Assembly (NCBI RefSeq): GCF_009914755.1
Contig: NC_060932.1
Direction: 5' to 3' (one strand)
Source: the human T2T-CHM13v2.0 reference genome, Homo sapiens
DNA length: 64,000 nucleotides
Shown: positions 31,509 through 48,370 of the stretch, in pieces
How positions within the stretch are numbered: the first letter of the stretch is position 1
How the letters are laid out: each line of letters starts with the position of its first letter
Position numbers and translations under genes: made by a program
Notes under the pieces: model-generated
Told to the model about the DNA's origin: nothing
Seen by the model: the letters and a program-made list of their open reading frames with translations, nothing else
Databases searched by the model: none

Positions 31509-32007
31509 GGCTGGGCGCAGTGGCTGACACCTGTAATCCCAGCACTATGGGAGGCTGAGGCAGGTGGATTACCTGAGGTCAGGAGTTGGAAACCAGCCTG
31601 GCCAACATGGTGAAACCCTCTCTCTACTAATAATACAAAAATTGGCCAGGCATGTGGCATCTGCCTGTAATCCCAGCTACTCCAGAGGCTGAGGCAGGAG
31701 GATCACTTGAACCTGGAAGGTGGAGGTTGCATGAGCCGAGATTGCATGAGCCGAGATTGCGCCACTGCACTCCAGCTGGTGCAACAGGCTATCTCTACTA
31801 AAGATATGACGAAACCTGATCTCTACTAAAAATAAAATAATTAGCCAGGTGTGGTGGCACATGCCTGTAGTCCCAGCTACTTAGGAGGATAGGTAGGAGA
31901 ATCACTGGAACCCAGGAGGTGGGGATTGCAGTGAGCCAAGATTATGCCACTGCACTCCAGCCTGGACAACAGAGTGAGACTCTGTTTCAAAAAAAATAAA
32001 TAAATAA
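31509..32007 (+). mobile_element. Composite Alu (dimer plus extra right arm)
   Basis: The first Alu has a short duplication of gcatgagccgagatt; a second right arm follows. Confidence 0.82.
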
Positions 32008-32286
32008 GCAGAGTTGAGTAGTAGAATGTGGAGTGGGGAAGTAGAGTATGAAAGCAGGTGAGAGGAGGTCTCTATAATCTTGTAATATTCTTTGTCTCTA
32101 GATGTAAATTATGTAGGCTTGTTCACTTGTGAAAATTCATCGAGCTTTACATTCTGTGCAATTTTCTGTATGTATGTTTTACTTCAATATAAAGTTTTTA
32201 AAAAAGAAGGAATCAAGTGAGATGATTATTTTAGAACAGTAGACATGAAAATGAGAGAGAAGAAGGGAGATGTAAGATTGAGGAGG

Positions 32287-32697
<411 letters not shown>

Positions 32698-32756
32698 TTA
32701 TACATAAAAAATGCAATTTAAAAATTAATTGAAATATTTAAGAATCTATAATCTAC

Positions 32757-32898
32757 CTTGTAGAATTTTGATACCCACAAGAGAAAACATGAGCACCTCT
32801 CTCTGCCATACTTCCCTCTACACTGGGTACCACAAAATGAAGACCTCCTTTGGGCTGATCCAAAGAAAAATTGATGTGTATCTTCAGGACCTTTAACT
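32757..32898 (-). CDS. TAF2: TAF2 exon 5 (ELKVLKIH...GYQNSTR; 142 nt)
   Basis: ttgcag|AG ... AAG|gtagat; frame continuous. Confidence 0.95.
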
Positions 32899-33256
32899 CT
32901 GCAACAAATAAACATATACACACATTGATACATAAGTTACAGTGGTCTATATAATAAAGACAAAGATTTAATGCTGAACATGAAATGGAATTGAGGACTG
33001 AGATTTATATGAAAAACCACACTACTTACCCTAGTTTAGACTTTTACCATATGTCTGCCTATATTAACTCAACAGGCTGCCCCTATTGGTTTTCTACCTC
33101 CAATCAATTATAACTATTGCTTGTATTATTTTCCCAAAATACACCTTTGGTTACGCCATATCCTCCTCTCAACATTTCTGACAATGTACAATGCCTAAAA
33201 AGTCCAAAACTCCCACACTGCACACTTAGGCCTTCCAAATCCAACCCCAAACTTAC

Positions 33257-33622
33257 TGATATAGTTTGGCTCTGTGTCCCCACCCAAATCTCATCTTGCA
33301 GCGCCCATAACTCCCATGTGGTATGGGAGGGACCTGGTAGGAGGTAACTGAATCACAGGGGCAAGTCTTTCCCTTGCTGTTCTTGTGATAGTGAATAAGT
33401 GTCACAAGATCTGATGGTTTTCAAAATGGGAGTTGCCCTGCACAAGCTCTCTCTCTCTCTTTTTGCTGGCAGCCATCTGCATAAGACATGACTTGCTCTT
33501 CCTTGCCTTCTGCCAAGATTGTGAGGTCTCCCCAGCCATGTCAAACTATAAGTTCATTAAACCTCTTTTTCTTCCTAGTCTCAGGTATGTCTTTATCAGC
33601 AGCATGAAAACGGACTAATACA
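33257..33622 (+). mobile_element. THE1 (MaLR) solo LTR
   Basis: tgatatagtttggctctgtgtccccacccaaatctcatcttg...gactaataca; 5-bp TSD cttac. Confidence 0.92.
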
Positions 33623-34301
33623 CTTACTTTTCAAGTTCTTTCTCTTATTATATTATCCCACAAACTTAACCCTGGGTGACTTTGGGGAGTACAAGGATGA
33701 GAGGTAGAGTAGGGAACACCACCGGAGAATTTGCATTATTATCACGTTTTTTGTTATGCTTGATTTCTTCACTATAAACTGTGTTGCTTTCATAAGATTT
33801 TAATTTCCCTCCAAGAATTACAATCATATGCACTATCTCCAAACCCTAAAAATGCAATGACGACTTCCACGTCTGTCCCCTAAATTAGGGTAAGTTCCTC
33901 CACAAACCCTACCCCGTCCCCAGCACCCACAACGGAAACCAATAAACAAAACAAGGACTCTTTTACTTCCTTGATTAATTTTTATAAGGCTAAATAAGCA
34001 AGGCAGAAGCTAATATACAATATTACAATGGCTAAAACTTTATACAAGACACAAAGAAGGTTTAAAAAGTCTGCAGACTGAGTATCAGGAACCATGTGTT
34101 TTAGCTTTAACTTCACCAATAATTTGCTAAGTGAAGTTCAGCAGGTCACTCACTCTCATTAGACTTCAGATTACTCTTCTGTAAAAAGAAGGAATTTAAC
34201 CAGATTTTTTCAGGATCTTTCCTGCTACAAAATGCTATAATTCTAAACTAATTTGATATTGTGCAGGTTCTACCTATATGATTTTTTAAAAATATTTTTC
34301 A

Positions 34302-34610
<309 letters not shown>

Positions 34611-34696
34611 TTAGCTTTAAAAAACAACGGTGAAATAAACTGCTTTTTTCACAGCCCTGAAATGATATCATCCTGTTAGCCAGTGATCCTTAATAA

Positions 34697-35075
<379 letters not shown>

Positions 35076-35160
35076 GCATCATTAGTTCTCATGTAAAATT
35101 CTCTAGTGTCTGAATCTAACGTGATTTTAGTGTACAGTCAATATACTCTTGGTGCTTTAC

Positions 35161-35668
<508 letters not shown>

Positions 35669-36518
35669 TGATACCAATTATTTGTAAGCATTTTATCTTC
35701 TTATATAATTTCTAAGAACACTCTTTAGCCAAGTAATGGTTTGCTCTACTCACCATGTTAAAAACTATTAATCTATGAATACAACAGAATATATATTCTA
35801 CTCACCAAGTTACATGACTATTATTATGACTATCACATTCTTCATTAATTTTGGAATGCCAAAGCCACTATCCTTTTTTGATACAAATGTAAAGAATACG
35901 TGAAGCACTGAATAAATAATTATTCCCTATCAATGTGGCAAAAAATTGAATGGATTCAACAAGCTTTATAATTTGACAAAAATTAAGATGTTTAAAACAA
36001 ATCAGGATGGGACTCAGTTCCTCAAAATGTAATAGCACCTACCTCCACCCATTAGTGCATCATAATGTAAGCTTAATGAAGCAGAGAATTTTCAGCAGGC
36101 TCACCGTTATATTCACTATGTCAGGAGAGACTACTACATAAATATTTGTTCCATAGTTATCTGACCTTATTTCCCATTTGATGAAAACAATACGATGAAG
36201 TCTTACAGAAACGTGAAAATGTTGTTCTCAATTGGTTTTTAAATTGTACTCCATAAAAGCAACTTATATGTGTACATATACACATATTACATTTCCTCAC
36301 TGAAATTAGTTTAAAAAAATACGAAAGAAATGAAAGACAGGAAAAAGATATGGAATGGGAAGGGCAAGAATACAAGATGAAATACACAAACACCATGGAC
36401 CACATCCTCGTTGTACACCTTTATGTCTGCCATCCTGCCGTTAGGTGTAGCCACAAGGTGAAATTAGTGACATTCCTATAACTTAATACTTTTTTCATCT
36501 AGTTAAAAGACAAGTTTT

Positions 36519-36841
<323 letters not shown>

Positions 36842-37109
36842 CTACGGAATAATTAAAGGAAAAATAAAATGAGAAAAGCCATTAAAGAAACATTAAGGCT
36901 ACAGACTCTTAACTTGACAGAGGCCATTCCCTCTCCATCTTCATCAATCTCTCTACCAGTTAGGAAGGATATAATATAACTATGGCTTTAACAACTATTC
37001 AAGGTAACAACTACAAAGCACAGAGTTCTGGAAGTGAAAAGACTTCTCAATATATTTTAATAATTTCTTTCTGTTAAATAAACATTGTTGACAATGAACA
37101 CTGACATTC

Positions 37110-38955
37110 CAAAAACATTCAGAGCATCTTCACCAGTAGATCCCATCTCAAGAAACCACTTTCTTTGCTCATCCATAAGCAGCAACTCCTCCGTCCATTA
37201 AAGTTGTATCATCAGACTGCAGCAATTCAGTCTTACCTTTAGGCTCCACTTCTAATTCTAGTTTCATTGCTATTTCTACCACAACTGCAGTTACTTCCTT
37301 CTCTAAACCCCTCAAAGTCATCCATGAGGTTTGGAATCAACTTCTTCCAAACCCTTGTTCATGTTGATGTTTTGACCTCCTCCCTAAATCATGAATGTCC
37401 TTAATGGCATCCAGAATGGTGAATCCTTTTCAGGGTTTCAACTGACTTTGTCCAGATCCCTCAGAGGAATCACTATCTATGGCAACTATCGCCTTATGAA
37501 ATGCATTTCTTAAATAATAAGACTTGAAAGTAGAAATTACTCTTTAATCCATAGGCTGCAGAATAGATGTTATGTTAGCACACATAAAAACAGTATTAAT
37601 CTCCTAGTACATCTCCATCAGAGCTCTTGGGTAACCAGGTGTCTTGTCAATAAGCAGTACCATATTGAAAGGACTCTTCTTCTGACCAGTAATCTCAACA
37701 GTGGGCTTAAAATATTCAATTCAGTAAGCCATACTGTGAACACCTGTTGTCATCCAGGCTCTGTTGCTTCATTTACAGAGAACAGGAAGAATAGATTTAG
37801 CATAATTGTTAAGGGCCATAGGATTTTTGGAATGGTAAATGAGCACTGGCTTTAACTTAAAGTTCCCAGCTGCATTAGCCCCTAATAAAAGAGTCAGCCT
37901 GTCCTTTGAAGCCAGGCACTGACTTCTTTTTAGCTGGGAAAGTTCCAGATAGCATCTTCTTCTAGTAGAAGGCTGTTTCATCTACATTGAAAATCTGTTG
38001 CTTAGTGTAGCAACCTTCATCAAAAACCTTAGCTAAATCTTCTGGATAACTTGCTGCAGCTTCTACATCAGCACTTGTTGCTTCACCTTGCACTTTCATG
38101 TTACAGACAAAGTTTCTTTTCTTAAACCTCATGAACCAGCCTCTCTTAGCTTCAAAATGTTCTTCTGCAGCTTCCTCACCTCTCAGCATTCACAGAACTG
38201 AAGAGAGTTAAGCCTTGCTCTGGATTAGGCTTGGCCTTAAGGGATGGTGTGGCTGGTTTGATTTTCTATCCAGATCTTTAAAACCTACTCCACATCAGCA
38301 ATAAGACTGTTTCATTTTCTTATCATTTGTGTATTCACTGGAGCAGTACTTTTAATTTCCTTCAAGAACTTTTCCTTTGCAGTCACAACTTAGCTAACTG
38401 GGGCCAAGAGGTCTAGCTTTTGGCCTTCCTCCCTAAGCTTAACCATTTCTATAGCTTTTGGTTTAAAGTGTGAGATATGAGACTCTTCCTTTCACTTGCA
38501 TGCTCAGAGGCCATTGTAGGGTTATTAATTGACCTAATTTCAATATTGTGTGTCTCAGCAAACAGGGAGGCCCGAGGAAGGGGACAGAGACAGGGAACAG
38601 CTGGTCCACAGAGTAGTCAGAACACACACAATGTTTATCATTTAAGTTTACCATCTTATATGCATGCCATCTGTGGCGTCCCCAAAACAATTACAATTGT
38701 AATATCAAAGATCTCTGATCACAGATTACCTTAACAGATATAATAATGAAAAAGTTTGAAATATTGCAAGAATTACAAAAATGTGACATAGAGACATGAA
38801 ATGTGCATGTGTTGTTGGAAAAATGGCACTGATAAACTTTCTTGATGTAAGGTTATCACAAACCTTCAATTTGTAAAAAAAAAAAAAAAAAAAAAACAGT
38901 ATCTGCGAGGCACAACAGAGCAACAGAGCAAAGCACAATAAAGGAGGTATGCCTG
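37110..38955 (-). mobile_element. Tigger1 DNA transposon, 3'-truncated, decayed transposase
   Basis: Terminal caggcatacctc at 38955; peptides [50 protein letters not shown]. Confidence 0.92.
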
Positions 38956-38959
38956 TGTT

Positions 38960-39530
38960 TTTTTAAATTATCATACAATTAAAAAAACCACTTTTTTGGG
39001 GGTGTACAGTTGTACAAATTTTAACATATGTACAGATTCAGTTAACCACCAAAAGTAGGATATAGAACAGTTCTATCATCCCCAAAAAGTCCCTTATGCT
39101 ATCCTTTGTGTTAAATAAATGGAATCACATAGAATGCTACCTTTTGAGACTGGCTTGTGTCACTAGGTTTTTGAAATTCATCCAAGTTGTTACATATATT
39201 AATAATTTGATCCTTTTGCCATTGAGTGGTATTATATTGTATAGACTGTACCAGTTTGTTGATCCATTGACCAGCTGAAGGGCATTTAGGTTATTTTCAG
39301 CTTTGGAAGTGTGAAATAAAACTGTTATGAACATTTGTGTACAGATTTTTGTGTGAATATAAGCTTCATCTCTGTAGTACAAATACCTAACAGTGGGACT
39401 AGAGTCATATGGTAAACACATTTAACTTTCTAAAAATCTACAAAACTGTTTCAGAAGAGTTGTACCATTCTGCATTGCCATCAGCAAGATCTGAAAGTGC
39501 CAGTTGCTCCAAATCCTTGTCAGCACTTAC
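38960..39530 (-). mobile_element. Old L1M 3' fragment
   Basis: ORF 39137..39421 resembles a decayed ORF2 C-terminus (LPYD, HTK.CTQMF, TTWMN). Confidence 0.7.
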
Positions 39531-40403
39531 TTAACACACCATCTAATTTTAAGGACTATTTTATCTATAGAGTATAATTTATTTTCAATAAAATTTCAAA
39601 AACATAAAATTTGATGATTGCAAAACTTGTATTCCACCCCAAGTTATCAGGGAAATGCAAAAATAAAATAACTATTGTACAAAAAGAAAGCCAGATTTAA
39701 ACATTACATATTAATTAGTTTTTTTATGGGAAATTATTTTCATTTAATCTTCTCATTTCCTGAGAAAAGGTGAAGTGGTCCAAATAAAATGAGTGAGTCA
39801 TTATAAATGCAATCAACTGAGAAGCCAGTCTCAAATAATCTGATGGTTTAGATTTCAATACACAAATCAAATGTTTTCTTTCATAATAACCTCATAGAAG
39901 TCAAAAATTACAGTGTAAAATTATAATGTGTTTTCAATTTTCAGAATAATAATGACTACAAAATATTTAATGTCCTTGCCCTATAACCTCTACCATCCCC
40001 ATCTCCCAATCCTCCTTACAGAAATGCAACTTAAAGAGAAGAAATGCTATAGAGAGATATTGAAAAATTAGTAAATTAAGGGAATAGATATAATTTTCTC
40101 TAAGAATTTTAAATATCCATATTGAATTAATATGATAATCATTTGTCAAATAAAGAACATCTGCCTCTTAAAACTATAGATGCAGATTTTATAAAACTTC
40201 AGTTTCAATTATTTGTAAACTTTCCCTCTATTTAAAAAATTTTTTATAGAAGTAAACTTTTATGGAAGTAAACTTTTATGGAAGTAAATCAGAAAGCTAC
40301 ACACGCCCTAGTAAACAGCTCGATAAATTTTCACAAACTGAAAAATTAAAGTAATAAGCCAAAACCACAATGAACAAGGATGACTCTAAAAATAACCAAA
40401 ACA

Positions 40404-40809
<406 letters not shown>

Positions 40810-41206
40810 TTACAAGCTCAAATTTGATCCAACTACAAATGCAACTTTTTTGTTTTTTTTTAAATTTAGAGCGTTTACATGAGCCAAAGTGACAACAGCT
40901 GCTCAGAAGACTCACCCAAGTAACCTTGGATATGGCCTCCATTTAAACTTTGTTGCACGCAAGTTTTTAAAGACAAAAAAGAGGGACAGGAAGTGGGTTG
41001 ACACAAAACTGTCTGTCAGGGATTCTCACTGGTTTAAAGAAATAACATTGATTAGTGATTGGCTATATATTTTTAAGCTATAGGGTGTGAGTTATAGCAT
41101 CCTATGTGACCTTGTTAGGTTAACTAACTACCTGGGCCATAACAGGCAGTTTCAAGGCATTAATAGATAGCTCAAGACAGGGAGCCGAATGTGATTGCTG
41201 CCTCAT

Positions 41207-41596
41207 TTTTTTTTTTTAATTTCAATAGCTTTTTGTGTACAAGTGGTTTTTGGTTACATAGATGAATTTTACAATAGGAATGTCTGAGATTTTAGTGTAT
41301 CTGTTGCCCAAGTAGTGTACATTGCACCCAATATGTCATTTTTTAAATCTCTCCCTCCTCCCCGCTTCTGAGTCTCCAATATCCAGACTTCTATCACTCT
41401 GTATGTCTTCACATACCCATAGCTTAGTCTCGAATAATCTGATGGTTTAGATTTCAACATACAAATAAAAAATGAGAACATATGGTATTTGGTTTTCCAT
41501 TTCCGAGTTACTTCACTCAGAATACTGGCCTCCAGTTCCAGCCACGTTGCTACAAAAGACATTTCATTATTTTTTTATGGCTGAGTAGTATTCCAT

Positions 41597-41645
<49 letters not shown>

Positions 41646-42300
41646 GGTGTATGTGTGTGTGTATATACACATGTATACATACACACACACATACACACAC
41701 ATTTCCTTTATCCACTCATCAGTTAAATGTGGACTTAGGCTGGTTCCATATCTTTGCAATTGTGAATTGTGCTGCAATAAACATAGACATGTAGGTGTCT
41801 TTTTTGACATAGGGACTTATTTTCCTTTTAATAGATAGCCAGTAGTGAGAACGCCAGATCAAGTGGTAGATCTACTTGAACTCTCCATACTGTTTTCCAC
41901 ACAGCTTGTACTAATTTACATTCTCACCAGCAGTGTATAAGCAATTCCCTTTTTACCATATCCACGCCAACATCTGTTTTTTTTGTTTTGTTTTTACTTT
42001 TTCATAATGGCCATTCTGGCTGGGATAAGGTGTATGTCATCGTGGTTTTAATTTGTATTTCCCTGATCATTAGTGATGTTGAGAATTTCTTTATATGTGT
42101 TGACTATTTGTATATCTTCTTTTAACAAATGCCTATTCATGTTGCTTTAATGTGTTTTATCTGATATAAAAGAATAGCTACTCCTGCTATCTGATATAAA
42201 ACAATAGCTACCCCTTTACCATGAGTCTACAAGAATCCTTATGGGTGTTAGGTGATTCTCTTGAGGACAGTGGATATTTGGTTTGTGATTTTTAATCCTA
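41207..42300 (-). mobile_element. L1PB/L1MA-like 3' fragment with internal (TG)n/(CA)n, plus a short upstream L1 piece
   Basis: ORF 41269..41562 begins MSFVATW.ELEA.ILSEVT (ORF2 end); L1 3'UTR motifs. Confidence 0.82.
41598..41700. repeat. (TG)n/(TA)n/(CA)n compound microsatellite
   Basis: Directly visible. Confidence 0.92.
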
Positions 42301-42708
42301 AAACAACTTTTAAAAGGCAAATGAGTTTCAAGCTACTAGAAATACTGTATCTAGATAAAGGACAAAATGGATCTACTGGAATGTATATACTGATTAGTCC
42401 AAATAGGAAGAACCATATCTAGAGTTCCGGGATTACCACATTTAAGAAAACACAGTATCAAATCTGAGATTATCCAGAGAAGGACAAAGAGGATGGAAAT
42501 AAATTGAGAAAGAGTTTCTAACATGAGGAATGGTTGAGAGTAATCTCAATAATTCTGTAGCCTGAAGATAAGAAAACTTAGGGGAAAGGTATGTATTTAA
42601 TTAGGATTAAGTTTGTGACTATTAAGGCAAAATGAACTGTAGCTCAATGTAATAAAGAACTTTCCAGCATTTAGAAATAATGAAAGGGGTGTGTTAAAAT
42701 ATAATGAG

Positions 42709-43020
42709 GACCAAGCATGGTGGCTTATGCCTGTAATTGCAGCACTTTGGGAGACCAAGGCAGAAGGACCACTTGAGGCCAGGAGTTCAAAACCAGTTTA
42801 GGCAACATAGTGAGACCATGCATCCAGTAAAAAATAAAAAATTAATTAATTAACCGAACGTGGTGGCATGCACATATTGTTCCAGCTACTCGAGAAGCTA
42901 AGGTAGATGATGGCTTCAGTGCAGGAGTTCAAGGCTGCAGTAAGCTATGATTACACCACTGCATTCCAGCCTGGGTGACAGAGCAAGGCTCTGTCTTTAA
43001 AAATATAAAAATAAAAAAAT
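42709..43020 (+). mobile_element. AluJ
   Basis: Diverged Alu with J diagnostics. Confidence 0.85.
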
Positions 43021-43486
43021 TAAGAAAAACATATTATGAGCCCTGCCGAACTGGAAGTATTCAAGTAGAAGATGAAATAGTAAGGCTTCATGTTGAAGTT
43101 TAAACTAAATGAACTCTAATGTCCCTCCAACTCTAAGATAACTTAATTCTAATACTAATAAACCAACTGGCAGTGCAGCATTGTAGCTCAGTTAAACTAT
43201 TGCTATTACTTAACCATAATCAATAAGGGAATTACCAATTTCTATTATGTGACATTAATGAAATAATTTTAAACTCCATGTAGAAGTCTGCATTAAAATA
43301 TAGAATCTACAAAATCTTAAAAAAAAAACCACAGCAATTTAAAAAAATCATTATAACTGGATAACTACTTCATTTATATACTAAAATAGATAATTTCATT
43401 TCTGCTGCCCCTCCTTGGTGGAAATTAAACTCATTTTTGACACTGAAAAGTTGGGACATTTCAAGTAAAATAAAAAAGGGCTTCTC

Positions 43487-43797
<311 letters not shown>

Positions 43798-43835
43798 TGG
43801 GGCGGGGTGGGGGGCTTCTCAAAGTGGCAAAGCCT

Positions 43836-44450
<615 letters not shown>

Positions 44451-44831
44451 GAGACTTGGTCTTAAAAAAAAAAGAAAAGAAAAAGAGGCAAAGCCTATCT
44501 AGGAACAAAACAAAGAGGAAAAAAAGCTAGGTTACCCATCCACAGAGACAGTTTCTCTGACAAAGTCTACATTTAACTTTTTCTAAGAAAAGAGAAGTAC
44601 AGCAAAAACAAAAACACCAAAGTGTAGCTCCTGTGGAGACAATCTACAATCTATCTACAATCCATAAGATTCACACACAAAATATATGTCGAAAAACTTC
44701 AAGTGCTGAATTATTTTATTGACAAATAGTAAAGCAAAAAGACAGCTGCTTATACACGTTACATAACCAATATGTTTTTAAATTGTTAGTATATGTAATG
44801 TAACATGTCAGCTAACAGTTGGATAAAATAG

Positions 44832-45232
<401 letters not shown>

Positions 45233-46112
45233 TGTAAGCACACTCTTTCAATCAAAAATAGGGAGGGCATGGCACCTTAACTTTAAAACAAATAATAAGA
45301 AAATGTGATTAAATATTATTTCTTTCAGTGTTAAGACATACTTGTATGTAAAATCAATGGTAAAATCAAATTTACCACGGAATTTGATGTTTCACTTTTA
45401 ATTTCAAAACTGCTATATTTAATTTCTGTTTTAGCTTTATTGGTTCATTAAAGAAAGAAAGTTATTTTAGAAATAAGTAACAGAAGCATCTAGGAGCATG
45501 CTAAAGGCCTTAGCTATCTGCCTTTCCCAAAGTTCTCTTTAAAAATAACATCTTTCACTTGTCTTTTTCATATCTAACTGCCAATAAACATAATATTTCT
45601 TCTGAATAATTGGTGTGTTTTTGTCATGTCTTATGAATCTTAAAAACCCTCTTTGCTATGGCAATCAGAAATATAAGACACAAATCTACAGTTTTCCTCT
45701 AGGAATTGTGCAGTAACTTAATAGTAAGTATCCACCATCCTATACTTGTTTATCCTTCATGCGAATTTCATTAGCTACTTTCTAAAACTTTTGTCTAATA
45801 AAACTCTAAAATAAATTTCAAATTCTTTTTGAATAATTCAGAGGATAAACAGAAGCAAAAATATTGAAAATCACCTCTCTTAAAGAGTAATCAAGATTCT
45901 AAAGCTAAGCAAAAAAGCAGGGATAGTCAAGCATAGTAGACAATTATTAGTCAAGCATTTACTAAGTGGCCATGGCCAACAGAGCTATGGTTCTAGTTGA
46001 ATGAAAAACTTTAAATACATTCCATCTTTCCCAATTTCCTAGCCTAACCTTTGAAAAGATTCTCTTTTATAACTTCCTTTTCATTCTTTGTATTATAAAT
46101 ATAATATATATA

Positions 46113-46385
46113 CAGGTCTGTGGCCTGTTAGGAACCAGGCCACACAGCAGGAGGTGAGTAGCGGGTGAGCAAGCATTACCTTCTGAGCTTTGCCTCCTGT
46201 CAGATCACCAGCAGCACTAGATTCTCATAGGAGCCCAAACTCTATTGTGAACTGCGCATGCAAGAGATCTAGGTCGCACACTACTTATGAGAATCTAATG
46301 CCTGATGATCTGAGGTGGAAGTTTCATCCAAAACCCCCTCTGCCCCCCTGGTCCGTGGAAAAACTGTCTTCCATGAAACTGCTGA
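46113..46385 (+). mobile_element. MER1B-like (hAT-Charlie)
   Basis: ggtctgtggcctgttaggaacc...gagaatctaatgcctgatgatctgaggtggaa...gtccgtggaaaaactgtcttcca. Confidence 0.8.
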
Positions 46386-47026
46386 TTTAGAACACTAAAA
46401 GTAATGAGGCATCTTCCATTATTACTAGAGAAAAATTTTAGGGAATATTATCAAAATAAAAAGAGCAAAGTAAAGCTTGCTTCCTTAACAGACCAGGATC
46501 CCTGTCATTACACTTAACAGATTATCCTGAGACCTGGGCAGCAACAACAAATTATTAGTAAAAAAGATGTACAGACACTGTCTTTTGTGACTGACAAACA
46601 GGCATCTTACCCTATTATCAAATGCAGAGTTCTAGGCTGGATAGGGTGGATATTTTGGCCTTCTGGCAAGGTAATGGGTCCTCTATCTGCTCTTTATCAG
46701 GTGACCTTTCCATTTATTAGTGTATACTAACTTCCCCAAAGGTAGAAGTTTTTGTTTTTGTTTTCTGGGGGGAAAGGGATGCAGATAATTTTGTAATAAG
46801 TCTTTTTATGTCAGTTCTACAAATGTGGCTTTAAAAGCAATGTAATTTCAACAACTCACCTTTGTGAAATGGAAAGTTACAGGAGTAAATCAGGGTTCCC
46901 TGAATTTTTCCAATCCCATTTGTGTATCTCCTCTCTAAATGTGAAAGATTTTAAACCAATGATTATTGGGACCATAAATATGTCTAAAAATAAGCCTCCC
47001 TTCTAAAACTTTGCAATTGCTTATGG

Positions 47027-47210
47027 CAGTGGTTCTCAAGCTTCGGTCTGTATCAGAATCACCTGGCAAGCTTCTTAAAACACAAACTGTAGGAGCCTAC
47101 CCACAATTTCTGATTCAGTGGGTCTGGGGTATTGATTGAGAACTGGCCTGTAGAACAAGTTCCCAGTTGATGCTGATGCTTGTCTGGGAATCACACTTTA
47201 AGAACTGCTG
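47027..47210. mobile_element. MER5A-like
   Basis: cagtggttctcaa...atcagaatcacctgg...tctgattcagtgggtctgggg...agaactgctg. Confidence 0.75.
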
Positions 47211-48209
47211 CCTTAAGGCATTATACCTCTAGACTAGTTAAAACATCATCTTGACTAAAAAGTTTATGATAAAGTTTTGGCATCCTACCCCAAAACACAA
47301 AGAATCACAGAAATGATATAACCCAATGTTATCAAAGCTTTGAAAAAGCAAGTGCCCTCAACTGTACTTGATAGTATTTAAAGTAGTAGACATTTAAACA
47401 CTAGGGCACAATCAGGTAAAATACTGAAAACAGCCATTAGAAATGAAAAGTAAAATAATCAAAGGGAAAAAAATTTGTATGTGACAAAACATTCACTCAC
47501 TACTTATGACTGCAAAATGCCAAAAAACTGGAGAATAATTATACAAACTATACTACACTGAGCAAATGGAGTATTATTTAACCACAAAGATGACAAAAAA
47601 ATGAAGCCCACACACACACACACACACACACAGAAAATGGAAACAAAGTATGAAATAGAAGTAGAACATAAAACTGATAACAGCAATATATGTTTAATGA
47701 TAAAAATCAGAAGTAGCCTCAATAGATGTAGTATTTATCTAAGGTGAAGAAACGAGCTACTTTAGACCTAATATGTTTATAAGATAGTTTAATGCAGTCA
47801 ATTTCATTATCTACTTTCTAAAACTTTTTTATAGAATATTTTAAAGTAGCCTCTGGTCTACAGATTACAGTGACCATCTAACCCACTGAAAATTACTTTC
47901 AAAATTTATGAAGTAAATAATTAAGAAAAACACTGAAAGTAAAAAAAATGACTAAGAAAATCTAATTAAAGTTCCCAGATAACACTTCCTTAAAGTTTTA
48001 ACATGAAGAAGGGAAACTTAGTAACTACGTTGGGCACAGCTAGCAAAATCACTTGAACCAAATGTACAGAGTGGTAAAACAGATAAAGATTGGGATTCAA
48101 AGCCCATTAACGATCCAAAAAAAAAATACTTTGAGAAAAACTAATCCAATCATTAAAAACATTTTTTCAAAACTGTTAAAAATAGTGACTTTTAAAGTGC
48201 ATAACTTAC

Positions 48210-48370
48210 TGTTTTGATTCACTGTGACAAACTTCCAAGGTTGGGTCATTATAAATAAAAGCAGCCTCTAAATCATTGATCCTTACTCGGTATATTCTAC
48301 ACTGTTTGCTGTTCAACTTGATTCTATTCAAGTTTGCAACTGTGGGAAATATAGTCAGTTCCACAAATCC
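48210..48370 (-). CDS. TAF2: TAF2 exon 3 (GFVELTIF...CHSESKQ; 161 nt)
   Basis: tttacag|GGA ... CA|gtaagt; frame continuous. Confidence 0.95.

Noticed and set aside
37769-38189. Transposase-like ORFs (possible TIGD-type domesticated gene)
   Set aside because: Fragmented by frameshifts and stops; an ordinary decayed Tigger1.
40880-40960. Donor-like TGG|GTGAGT in unique intron 3 sequence
   Set aside because: No good upstream acceptor to define an exon.
41598-41700. (TG)n followed by (CA)n that could fold back
   Set aside because: Common microsatellite expansion at a known unstable position of L1 3' regions.
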